Shown: piece by piece, positions 1 to 8,324 of the stretch
Layout of the letters: every line of letters begins with the position of its first letter
How positions within the stretch are numbered: the stretch's first letter is position 1
Source of the DNA: Thermoproteota archaeon
GTDB taxonomy: Archaea; Korarchaeota; Korarchaeia; Korarchaeales; Korarchaeaceae
Direction: 5' to 3'
Length of the DNA stretch: 16,264 nucleotides
Assembly (NCBI GenBank): GCA_027491395.1
Contig: JAOZFI010000012.1
Coordinates: 1-16,264, forward strand
Made by a program: the position numbers and the translations under genes
Notes under the pieces: model-generated
Told to the model about the DNA's origin: nothing
The model's input: the letters and a program-made list of their open reading frames with translations, nothing else
Databases searched by the model: none

Positions 1-257
1 CCGGGTATCACCAATCCATCGTACTCCTCCGGGTTCACCTCCTTGAACTCCTTATCCACCCAACCAAACCTGTACCCCGGCTTCTCCGTGTAGGTCTCCC
101 AGCCGGGCTCGAAGTCATGAACCACGGTCATAAGAGTCTTCTTCTTGGGGGCAGCGACTTGTATCTCGAATCCCTCCTCCTTGAGGCGCCAGTACGGGTA
201 AAATAGCTCTTGAGCCTCCACGGCATCCCCGGCCACAATAAGGACCTTCTTGGTCAT
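1..257 (-). CDS. DJ-1/PfpI family protein (type 1 glutamine amidotransferase-like), 3' part outside window
   Basis: Not in ORF track. Manual translation from ATG at 257: MTKKVLIVAGDAVEAQELFYPYWRLKEEGFEIQVAAP...PEEYDGLVIP, matching PfpI N-terminal motifs (E..YP..RL.E.G; YD.LVIPG). SD GGTGA upstream; frame open to the window edge. Confidence 0.9.
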   Translation of the reverse strand, partial: MTKKVLIVAGDAVEAQELFYPYWRLKEEGFEIQVAAPKKKTLMTVVHDFEPGWETYTEKPGYRFGWVDKEFKEVNPEEYDGLVIP

Positions 258-337
258 AAGGGATCACCAAGTATTAGAGGAAGGAAGAGGAGATAACGAT
301 TTCCCTGCGATCATAAAAACCTTTGAATAGTAGATGC

Positions 338-1255
338 CTAGCTGGCTTCCTCATTTCCCCTCTTGGATGTGAAGAACGCCCAGGCGAGTATTGCCAGTAT
401 GATCGCTAGCGAAAGTCCAGTGGGCATGTGTATGTCGAATGCGGTGAGCAAGAAGGCCACTCCCAAGTAAACTAGGTATATAGCCAGTCCCTTTCCCAAG
501 TTCTCCAGACGCTTTACTCCATGTTCCAGAACGAAGTACAGGGATCTCAGACCCAGAACTGCGAGTATGTTGGATGTGTAGGCTGTGAAGAATTCCCTAG
601 TTATCGCGAGGACTGCTGGCACGGAATCGAAGGCGAACATTATGTCTGTGGTCTCTATCGCTAGGAGAACGAGTATCAATGGTGTGAAAACTTTTCTACT
701 CTCCCTCTTGACTATGAACTTATCGCCCTCGTACTCGTGAGTGAGAGGAAGGAACCTCTTAGCCAGCAGGACTATTTTGTTCTTACCCGGATCAACGCTC
801 TCCGCTCCACCCTTAGCCATCTTGTACCCCGAATAGATCAGTATGGCACCGAACACGTAGACCATCCAGTGGTACCTCTCCAGCAACGCTACTCCAACGA
901 TTATGAAGAGCCCCCTGAACAGGGCAGCGAACAGTATGCCTAAGAGGAGGACAAAGGGTCTCGAATGGTATGGAACCGAGAAGTAGGTAAAGATGGCGAG
1001 GAAGACGAACACATTGTCCATAGATAAGGTGTACTCGGTGACGTAAGCGGTGATGTACTTGATGAACTCTTCCAGTCCGTAAATATCTAGAATGAAAATG
1101 GAGAATGCCAGTCCTATAGATACCCAGATAGCTACCCATTTAAGACTGTCCCTTAACGTAACTTCCGTCTTCTTGTAATGCCTGAGGTCCAAGTAGAGGA
1201 AAACCACGATTGTCGCGTGAAATGCTATCCAGAAGACGGGAGAGGTCACCTCCAT
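338..1255 (-). CDS. terC: TerC/Alx family integral membrane protein (metal, probably Mn, homeostasis)
   Basis: TerC motifs EYTLSMDNVFVF, IETTDIMFAFDSVPAVLAIT and SNILAVLGLRSLYF; multiple TM segments. Confidence 0.93.
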   Translation of the reverse strand: MEVTSPVFWIAFHATIVVFLYLDLRHYKKTEVTLRDSLKWVAIWVSIGLAFSIFILDIYGLEEFIKYITAYVTEYTLSMDNVFVFLAIFTYFSVPYHSRPFVLLLGILFAALFRGLFIIVGVALLERYHWMVYVFGAILIYSGYKMAKGGAESVDPGKNKIVLLAKRFLPLTHEYEGDKFIVKRESRKVFTPLILVLLAIETTDIMFAFDSVPAVLAITREFFTAYTSNILAVLGLRSLYFVLEHGVKRLENLGKGLAIYLVYLGVAFLLTAFDIHMPTGLSLAIILAILAWAFFTSKRGNEEAS

Positions 1256-1264
1256 CTCAATCCG

Positions 1265-1291
1265 AGAGCCCCGATGAGGCTCTATTAAAAA
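1265..1291 (-). promoter_or_regulatory. Putative terC TATA box (TTTTTAATA, 1291-1283) with adjacent 6-bp inverted repeat AGAGCC-N7-GGCTCT (1265-1283)
   Basis: The AT box lies about 28 nt upstream of the ATG at 1255 with no SD, consistent with a leaderless transcript. The palindrome sits between the box and the start. Confidence 0.45.
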
Positions 1292-1436
1292 GTTAATTGG
1301 GGAGATTAGAGGAGCGAGCCGCGAAGTTTGTTAGCTCGCTGAGAAAGACTGCTCTGATACTTTAGGATTGCTCCCATCTCCTATGAAAATTTACTCATGT
1401 TAATTGATCGAGGAGAGAAAAATAGGGAGGTGGATC

Positions 1437-2930
1437 TTAACCACCGAGGAACTGAACGTTCAAGTATAGAGCGAAGGCGTAGGTGAACATTATGGCGCTT
1501 ATGAGCGTGAAGATGAACGGAATCCATGTAGGCCTGACTACCTTACCTGCTGGGTGTATCTTCGGTAGCATATACCAGTTCTGGTAGAGGAAGAGCCACG
1601 TGTAAATCACCATTATGAACATGTTAGTGACTCCGGTGAGGATTATCAGGATTCCCGGTCTCTGAAGCAGCACTGTTATAGCCCCTATCACCGTGTATAT
1701 GGTTATCAGGTAGTAGTAGATCTTCCTGTACTCTATCTTCTCGGGGACACCAGGTAGGGTATAGGCGTTGCTGGCGAATATTCTTCCCACTCCGTCCAGA
1801 GCAGTTATGTAGGCGTCGACCAAGAAGAAGAACCCTATCAGGTAGAGGGCAGCTCTTCCAGCGTCTCCCCAGAGGTGGCCGAACCACTCTGCCTGCACTA
1901 CCACTATTTTGAACCCCTTAGGCAGTGCCTCGGCCCCCTTTTGGAGATACTCCGGTCTGAGGACTGCATATGTCAGCAGGGTCGTGAGCACTATGGTGAG
2001 CGTGTTCAACGCAACCCCAAAGAGGTTGTCCACCCAGAGCCAAGTCATCCAATCCTTCCATCTCTTCCTGTTCTCCGGTGTGTCGGGGAACGCGACTCCG
2101 ACACCAGGTATCGGCTCGGGATCACCGGTTATAGGGCTGGTAACCCTGCCTATGTGAGCAGACATGCCCGCGTTCTTGTCCCTCACCCAGAAGCTGTACA
2201 GGAGGTTCCATATGCCTCCAGCACCCGTGTAAGCTATCAACGTTATGAAAATACCCATGTCAGCCTTGTCGAAGTTGGAAGGAAGCAGGTTAAATCCTTG
2301 ACTGAAGGGTATCAGGGCCGGGAAGTACTCTCCAACGATCTTACTTACCGCGGGTGAGAATAGCACCACGAGAAGCATGCCGCCGAACGACACTATGGCA
2401 GCCAGGCTCTCTATGTACTCCACTATCTTATAAGCCACTGGTCCTATCATGAACATTACCCATATGAGAAAGATCGCTACCTCAGCCCAGAACCTAGTCT
2501 GACCGGCAGCGTCCCATCCAGGCGGGAACTTAGTTAGCGCGGCTAAGGCAGTAGCACCGCCCGATACGTAGCCCCCTACCCAGAGATAGACGACGAGGGC
2601 TACGAAGAACGCGAACCATCCGTAGAGCCTATTCACCCTGTGGAATCCCTCGAATATGGACTCCCCAGTGGCCATAGTATACCTAGCTATCTCGAGATTA
2701 ACCCAGTACTGTAGAGAAGCGTAGAAGAGGAGCCATCCAAGGAAGAAGAGGCCATATTTTGCCACCATGTATGGCCACCATATAAGCTCCCCGCTTCCCT
2801 GAGAGAGTCCTGCCCAAACCAAGCCCGGACCGAACATCGCAGCCCATCCTGGGAAATCAGGGAGGTCCTTTACGTCAAAGGGCTTCGTAAATCTTCCAAA
2901 AATGAGGTTTCCACCTTCCTCCTTCGCCAT
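1437..2930 (-). CDS. Nramp-related (APC superfamily) secondary transporter, substrate unknown
   Basis: About 11 hydrophobic segments; TM1 motif GPGLVWAGLSQGSGELIWWP and TM6 AYTGAGG typical of Nramp-like families; canonical DPGN motif absent. ATG at 2930 preferred over GTG at 2939. Confidence 0.75.
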   Translation of the reverse strand: MAKEEGGNLIFGRFTKPFDVKDLPDFPGWAAMFGPGLVWAGLSQGSGELIWWPYMVAKYGLFFLGWLLFYASLQYWVNLEIARYTMATGESIFEGFHRVNRLYGWFAFFVALVVYLWVGGYVSGGATALAALTKFPPGWDAAGQTRFWAEVAIFLIWVMFMIGPVAYKIVEYIESLAAIVSFGGMLLVVLFSPAVSKIVGEYFPALIPFSQGFNLLPSNFDKADMGIFITLIAYTGAGGIWNLLYSFWVRDKNAGMSAHIGRVTSPITGDPEPIPGVGVAFPDTPENRKRWKDWMTWLWVDNLFGVALNTLTIVLTTLLTYAVLRPEYLQKGAEALPKGFKIVVVQAEWFGHLWGDAGRAALYLIGFFFLVDAYITALDGVGRIFASNAYTLPGVPEKIEYRKIYYYLITIYTVIGAITVLLQRPGILIILTGVTNMFIMVIYTWLFLYQNWYMLPKIHPAGKVVRPTWIPFIFTLISAIMFTYAFALYLNVQFLGG

Positions 2931-2976
2931 GGGTAGCACCCTGTCTGTTGTCTAACACTCCTTAGGCAATTAATAT

Positions 2977-3049
2977 AAAGATGGCTCTCCGGTCCCCGCT
3001 GAGCCCAGTAGCCCGACTTCAAGACCTGCCGACTAAAAGAGCCATCTTT
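2977..3049. repeat. 12-bp perfect inverted repeat AAAGATGGCTCT / AGAGCCATCTTT with 49-nt spacer, each arm running into a TATA-like box
   Basis: Arms at 2977-2988 and 3038-3049 read directly from the sequence. Confidence 0.8.
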
Positions 3050-3221
3050 TTAACGTTAATTTTCAGCATTAACTTCCCCTAGATCCCAATTAATATATAT
3101 TGTATTATCGCATGTTTCGATGATAATTAAGATGAAAAACAGCTTTTAAGTAACAAATATGTTTCAAAGAGTCCCCGGGCAAAGATTAATATTGTTTCCA
3201 GCCCCTATCCGCGGTGATGGC

Positions 3222-3569
3222 ATGTACAGGATGCTCAGGAGGGTCGAGGCCAAGCCGTATGAGACCTGGCCGGGCGTAACTCGAAGAGCTCTCGCGCTGG
3301 GGGAGAGGTTACTTCTCTTGGAGATCTCATTGAGGAAAGGGGCAATAGCGCCCGCCCACTCTCATCCCAACGAGCAGTCAGGTTACATCGTGACGGGGAG
3401 GCTCAGGATAAGAATAGGGGACAAGACGCACGATCTCAATCCAGGAGATGCTTACATAATACCTCCTGACGTTGAGCACGAGGCGGAGGCTTTAGAAGAC
3501 ACGGTGGTTGTGGAGGTATTCTCTCCTCCTCACGAGCTCCTGAAGAAGGACCTAACGGGGGAGGTGTGA
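3222..3569 (+). CDS. Cupin domain protein, KdgF-like
   Basis: GVTRRALA...GAIAPAHSHPNEQSGYIVTG...GDAYIIPPDVEH...EVFSPP matches the KdgF-type cupin pattern. Start moved to ATG 3222 (SD GGTGA). Confidence 0.75.
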   Translation: MYRMLRRVEAKPYETWPGVTRRALALGERLLLLEISLRKGAIAPAHSHPNEQSGYIVTGRLRIRIGDKTHDLNPGDAYIIPPDVEHEAEALEDTVVVEVFSPPHELLKKDLTGEV

Positions 3570-3574
3570 TCCGT

Positions 3575-3991
3575 ATGCCCAAGTATGTGGTTAGCCCCGA
3601 GGAGGTCACGGGCGGCGCCCCTATGGAGAAAGGAGCCGGTAAGAGGAAGCCAGTGAGGGATCTGAAGATAATATATCCGGAAAACGTAGATCCCGATCCA
3701 AAAACCCTAATTCTGGGGGTTGTGGAGGTAGATCCCGGACACCACACCCCCCTTCACAGACATAAGTGCGAGGAGGTCTACTATATCCTTCAGGGAGAGG
3801 GGGAGGTGGAGATAGAGGGCCAAAGATACCCGGTGAAGGCCGGATATGGAGTCTTCCTGCCTGAAGGTGTGAGGCACAGGATACACAACACCGGGAAGGA
3901 GGTACTAAGGTATGTGGCAGTTGGGGGCATAATGATGGTTCCCTTGGTGCCCAAGTGGCCCACCGAATCCCCCTATGAAATACTGGAGTGA
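3575..3991 (+). CDS. Cupin_2 domain metalloprotein
   Basis: Metal-ligand motifs PGHHTPLHRHKCEEVYYILQGEG and GVFLPEGVRHRIHNTG. ATG 3575 follows SD GGAGGTG. Confidence 0.85.
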   Translation: MPKYVVSPEEVTGGAPMEKGAGKRKPVRDLKIIYPENVDPDPKTLILGVVEVDPGHHTPLHRHKCEEVYYILQGEGEVEIEGQRYPVKAGYGVFLPEGVRHRIHNTGKEVLRYVAVGGIMMVPLVPKWPTESPYEILE

Positions 3992-4037
3992 TGAACCACC
4001 ATCCAACCTTTTTATGTGTGGCGAGGAGGTCCGCCGG

Positions 4038-4511
4038 ATGTATAAGGCTCCTCCGAAGTTCATCTACGTAAGGTGGATAGGTCTGCTCTGCACCCTAGTA
4101 CCGATGATCGCCTTCCTCGTGGTCACGGTACTTTCGAGCGGGTACCACGGGGTTCCCTTCACCTTGGCCAGCTTCCTGCCCCTGCTAGCCCTCTCGTACT
4201 ACCTAGACAGGATAGTAGGAGCTCTTCCCCTGCCGGAGAGATTAAGGCACCCCTACTTATCGGTTGCACTTGCTTGGCTCTTAGCTTATCCCCTAGCTAG
4301 GCTATTGGTCACAGAGCCCATGCTGATAGCCCTCGGATATCCCACCTTGGCCTTCAACGGAGTGGCAGGCGTCCTGCTGATACTGCTAGGATTGGCCTTC
4401 TTGGGGTTCGCGTACGGGACCTTCTTCTACACTGCCTACATAACGATCTTCAGGATCTACCTAAAGAGGAAGCTGAAAAAGGGAGAGGTACCGAAAGAGC
4501 TCACCGGATGA
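4038..4511 (+). CDS. Hypothetical membrane protein (about 4 TM)
   Basis: SD GAGGAGGT before ATG 4038; four hydrophobic segments and a basic C-tail; 3' end overlaps the convergent ilvD by 11 nt. Confidence 0.7.
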   Translation: MYKAPPKFIYVRWIGLLCTLVPMIAFLVVTVLSSGYHGVPFTLASFLPLLALSYYLDRIVGALPLPERLRHPYLSVALAWLLAYPLARLLVTEPMLIALGYPTLAFNGVAGVLLILLGLAFLGFAYGTFFYTAYITIFRIYLKRKLKKGEVPKELTG

Positions 4512-6156
4512 CGTTCAGATCGGGTCTCATCACAGCCCCAACATCAGCTGAGGCTGCCAGCATGGAGTAGATGGCTAGGAATCCGCTCTCCTTTGGAGGA
4601 GGTGGCGTCCACTTCTTTCTCCTCTCCTCCAGCTCGTCCTCATCCACTAGGAGGTCAAGCCTCCTTTTAGGCACATCTATGAGGATCTCGTCCCCCTCCT
4701 CCACCAAGGCTATTGGCCCGCCCTCGGCAGCCTCGGGAGAAACATGCCCTATAGCTGGACCTCTCGTGGCCCCTGAGAACCTCCCATCCGTGATAAGAGC
4801 TACCCTCTTTAGTCCCATGCCCATTATCGTCGCTGTGGCCGTGAGCATCTCCCTCATGCCCGGACCACCCTTAGGCCCCTCGTACCTGATCACCACAACA
4901 TCGCCCTCAGCTATCCTCCCGTCGAATATGGCCTGAACAGCCTCCTCCTCCGAGTCGAAGGGCTTGGCCCTCCCCTTGAAGACCAGCATCTCAGGATCCA
5001 CGGCTGTCTGCTTTATCACCGCGCCTCTGGGGGCAAGAGATCCCCAGAGAATGGCCAACCCACCCTGTTCATGGTAAGGGTTATTCTTTGGTCTTATGAC
5101 CTCCCTGTTCCTCACCTCAGCTTTGTTCACTATATCAGCCCAGGTCTCGCCGGCCACGGTGAGCTGGTCCAGATGCATCATCTTCGCCAGCTCCTTGAAG
5201 ACCGCCGGCACCCCACCAGCGTAATGTAGGTCCCTGACATAGTGCGGGCCCGCGGGGTTGAGGTTGGCTATGTGAGGGGTCTCCTTGCTTATCTCATCGA
5301 AGAGCTCGAGCGGGAGATCGACCCCGGCCTCCTTGGCTATCGCCATGAGGTGAAGCACCGCGTTGGTGGATCCACCCAAAGCTACGTCGACCCTTATAGC
5401 GTTCTCGAAGGCCTCTCTAGTCATCAGATCCCTGGGTTTTATGCCCCTCCTCAGCAGATCCATCACAGCCCTTCCAGCTGCTCTCCCAGCCCTGATCCTC
5501 TCAGCCGAGACAGCTGGTATAGTGGATGTCCACGGGAGGGCCATTCCCAGCGCCTCGGCTGCTATGGCCATGGTGTTAGCAGTGTAGAGACCCGCGCAAG
5601 ATCCCGGACCCGGGACGGCCATGGACTCGATCCTCCTCAGCTCTCCCTCACCTATCTTTCCGGCCTTGTACTGGCCAACAGCCTCGAACACGTGGCTGAC
5701 TGCCATCTCCTTTCCATCCACCACTCCGGGCAGCATGCACCCTCCATTTACTAGGACAGCCGGGATGTTGAGCCTCGCCGCGGCCATGAGCATTCCCGGA
5801 GTTATCTTGTCGCACGAAGTGACCAGTACTAGGGCGTCGAAAGCGTGAGCCTTCGCCATCAGCTCGACACTACCGGCTATCAACTCGCGGCTGGGGAGAG
5901 GAGCCTTCATGCCCTCGTGCCCCATAGCTATGCCGTCGCATATCGCAATGGTGTTGAATTCCAGAGGAGTACCACCCGCTTCCCTCACGCCTTGCTTTAC
6001 GGCCTCAGCCACTTTATCTAAATGGACATGGCCGGGAACTATCTCATTCCACGAGTTAGCTATACCTATGAGGGGCTTACTTAGGTCCCCGTCATCGAGA
6101 CCTGCTGCCTTAAACAAGGATCTCTGGGGGGCTCTCTCCGGCCCCTCCGTTACCAT
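4501..6156 (-). CDS. ilvD: Dihydroxy-acid dehydratase (IlvD/EDD family); true start may be CTG at 6180
   Basis: Motifs NEIVPGHVHL, ICDGIAMGHEGM, SCDKITPG, GSCAGLYTANTM, GGSTNAVLHL, GPKGGPGMREM and TDGRFSGATRG..IGHVSPEA. Confidence 0.95.
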   Translation of the reverse strand: MVTEGPERAPQRSLFKAAGLDDGDLSKPLIGIANSWNEIVPGHVHLDKVAEAVKQGVREAGGTPLEFNTIAICDGIAMGHEGMKAPLPSRELIAGSVELMAKAHAFDALVLVTSCDKITPGMLMAAARLNIPAVLVNGGCMLPGVVDGKEMAVSHVFEAVGQYKAGKIGEGELRRIESMAVPGPGSCAGLYTANTMAIAAEALGMALPWTSTIPAVSAERIRAGRAAGRAVMDLLRRGIKPRDLMTREAFENAIRVDVALGGSTNAVLHLMAIAKEAGVDLPLELFDEISKETPHIANLNPAGPHYVRDLHYAGGVPAVFKELAKMMHLDQLTVAGETWADIVNKAEVRNREVIRPKNNPYHEQGGLAILWGSLAPRGAVIKQTAVDPEMLVFKGRAKPFDSEEEAVQAIFDGRIAEGDVVVIRYEGPKGGPGMREMLTATATIMGMGLKRVALITDGRFSGATRGPAIGHVSPEAAEGGPIALVEEGDEILIDVPKRRLDLLVDEDELEERRKKWTPPPPKESGFLAIYSMLAASADVGAVMRPDLNVIR

Positions 6157-6485
6157 CCGGCTTCTCCACTTGAGATCCAGGGAAACACCCCCGGAGGAGG
6201 ACTGGAGTTAGATATAGCTTTTTTGTACGGATTGGGGGCTACTTTCAGCGGACTGATCTCCCAAGGATCCAGCAAATATATGATTACCTCGCTGACTAAT
6301 TGGCGCAACCCCCTACCTGACTTTTGTTCGACTTGGAACATAATCAAGAACTATAGCATGAATGCTTCACCCTGTATCTATGAAAAGCGCGGGATTTCTA
6401 TGCTATTTTTAAGTTTCAATGCCGTGAACGAGTAAATTATTTATTTAGCTGATTTCGATAAATTTTTCAGGAGGTGGGAAAGAAA

Positions 6486-7490
6486 GTGAAGTTGAGTAGG
6501 TTCGCCGTCTTTCTAATCGCTGCGCTACTAGTTTCGAGCTACGTTTTGGCGTCGGCCTTCCCCATTAAATCACCCACCGCGACCATACTCCCGCCTCCAA
6601 TACAGCTGCCGACCCCCGTACCGATACCAATAATCGCTGTAACCAAGACGGAGCCTACCGTGACCATACCCAAACCTCCAATCACGATAATACCTATACC
6701 AACAGTTACTATTCAGCCGACCACCGCGACCTTCAGGAAGTTGCATGAGGTGATCATCAAAGTGGATCCTCCCTATGCGGGGGAGGTGAAGCCCCTCAGC
6801 CAAGGAAAGCACCCCATGAAGGAGGGTAAGAGGATAGTCTTGAGGGCCGTTCCCAACGCCGGATATAAGTTCGACCACTGGACGTTAGATGGTCATCGCA
6901 AAGTATATAGAAGGGTACTCAGGTTGCAGGTCCAGAAGGATCACGTTATCGTCGCTCACTTCGTCAAGGCCTCAAGTAGTACTAGGAGCCCCCCTAAAAT
7001 ACCCACGGGATCACCATCTCCTGCAACGAAAAGTGCCCCGGCCGGGTGCATCCTACCCAATGGATTCCCCAAGTCTATGTCATACTCCGGGATGTACGCT
7101 GATCTGCTGTACAACGAGGACCTGCTAGCGGGATTAGGAGAGGGGGTTGCGGGCAAGGTCATAATAGGTAGGGAGGCAGTGAGGCCGCAACCTTGGCACA
7201 GTTACGGTGTGGAGATGGGCGACCTGATCCTGCGGATTAATGGGACAAAGTTCAGTGCGAATTTCGGCTCTGAGGACTACGGCATAATATATCTTAAGTG
7301 CGAGGACGGTTATCTAACCATCAGAGTCGCCGGATTGACTAGGTACGGCACTAGGGCAGCGCTTCTTTACCTCCTCAGCTATCCAGATGTTGTGAACGGC
7401 AAGATACTTATCATCCTAGGGTGGAAGGACTCTAATTCCGACAGGAAAGTTGAATTGGAGGAGGTAATCCCGCTGGTATCGATACCCTGA
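6486..7490 (+). CDS. Secreted/surface protein: signal peptide, Pro/Thr/Ile-rich linker, InlB-B/'bacterial repeat'-like beta domain, archaeal S-layer-like C-terminal domain
   Basis: N-terminus KLSRFAVFLIAALLVSSYVLASA; motif LRAVPNAGYKFDHW...HVIVAHF; C-terminal EDYGIIY...VAGLTRYGTRAALLYL...WKDSNSDRKVELEE. GTG 6486 lies 9 nt after SD GGAGGTG. Confidence 0.65.
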   Translation: MKLSRFAVFLIAALLVSSYVLASAFPIKSPTATILPPPIQLPTPVPIPIIAVTKTEPTVTIPKPPITIIPIPTVTIQPTTATFRKLHEVIIKVDPPYAGEVKPLSQGKHPMKEGKRIVLRAVPNAGYKFDHWTLDGHRKVYRRVLRLQVQKDHVIVAHFVKASSSTRSPPKIPTGSPSPATKSAPAGCILPNGFPKSMSYSGMYADLLYNEDLLAGLGEGVAGKVIIGREAVRPQPWHSYGVEMGDLILRINGTKFSANFGSEDYGIIYLKCEDGYLTIRVAGLTRYGTRAALLYLLSYPDVVNGKILIILGWKDSNSDRKVELEEVIPLVSIP

Positions 7491-7494
7491 TCCC

Positions 7495-8313
7495 TCATAC
7501 CTCCTCCATCATCTTCTCTATCCACGATTTTTCCCTTCCGACCTTCAGACCCCTGAACCTAGCGAGAGCATCGAGTATCTTGGTCTGGCCTAAGAGCAAG
7601 AATAAGGAGACAACTATATAGAGCAGGTTCAAGGGCCATCCCCTCATGAGGGAGAGGTAGGTTTCGTAGATATCTAGGGGCTCCTCTATTAAAGCCATTG
7701 GAACCAGCTCCAGTAGGAACTCGCCCCCTAAGTTAATGAATCCTATGATGGATGTCCCTATTATGAAGCTTAGGACCCTCAGGCTCTTCGTCCTCCTGTA
7801 TATCATTGCAAATAGTACCTCTCCAGCTAGGGCTATGACGAAGAGTATGGAGATTCCAAACGTTACAGACACTCTTATGATGTCAATGGACCTTATATAT
7901 CCCAAGAAGACGGCTCTGAAGAGGTAGTAGGTGTAGAAGAGCACGTAGAAGACGAAGAGAAATACCATCGTCGGAACCAAGTAGAAAACCCTGAACTCCA
8001 TTAGGTATACCGCTAGTGTAGCTACCGCTGCGGATGATAGGAGAAGAAAGCTCAGAGCTAGGAACCAGCTGAATATCTTTACTGTGGTCTCGGCGTAAAC
8101 CAGAAAGACGCTCTTGTTCAACCAGTAGTAAAATACTAAGGAGAACTCTGAGAGGGCAAAGACGAGGAATGTACTCAAAGAGAGAAGTAGCCTTCTTTCT
8201 CTAGTCCTAAGTATTTCCGCGAATATGTATAGAGAGATCGCTATCTCGGAGACCAATCCCACCAAGTGGGCTAGGGGATAGGGGTTCATCAGGATCGACA
8301 TCAGGGGAGCCAA
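7495..8313 (-). CDS. Seven-transmembrane protein of unknown function, last gene of the GTPase-locus left arm
   Basis: Seven hydrophobic segments counted by eye; strong SD GGAGGTGA overlapping the upstream stop, before TTG 8313. Confidence 0.75.
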   Translation of the reverse strand: MAPLMSILMNPYPLAHLVGLVSEIAISLYIFAEILRTRERRLLLSLSTFLVFALSEFSLVFYYWLNKSVFLVYAETTVKIFSWFLALSFLLLSSAAVATLAVYLMEFRVFYLVPTMVFLFVFYVLFYTYYLFRAVFLGYIRSIDIIRVSVTFGISILFVIALAGEVLFAMIYRRTKSLRVLSFIIGTSIIGFINLGGEFLLELVPMALIEEPLDIYETYLSLMRGWPLNLLYIVVSLFLLLGQTKILDALARFRGLKVGREKSWIEKMMEEV

Positions 8314-8324
8314 AACATCACCTC

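Noticed and set aside
1299-1381. Riboswitch (yybP-ykoY or fluoride) upstream of terC; stems AGCGAGC/GCTCGCT and GGAGAT/ATCTCC are present
   Set aside because: The conserved cores do not match by eye and the region lies upstream of the likely terC TATA box. An Infernal/Rfam scan would settle it.
1437-2930. Calling the transporter mntH
   Set aside because: It lacks the DPGN and MPH metal-binding motifs of true Nramp/MntH.
4571-6435. Alternative ORFs antisense to or upstream of ilvD (4571-4936, 5242-5754, 5909-6211, 6150-6347, 6223-6435)
   Set aside because: Shadow frames of a conserved gene, or short intergenic ORFs without SD or recognisable motifs. The same applies to other short nested ORFs in the track.
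7495-8313. Microbial rhodopsin or true GPCR
   Set aside because: No retinal-binding Lys motif in TM7 and no DRY/NPxxY motifs; only the topology is similar.
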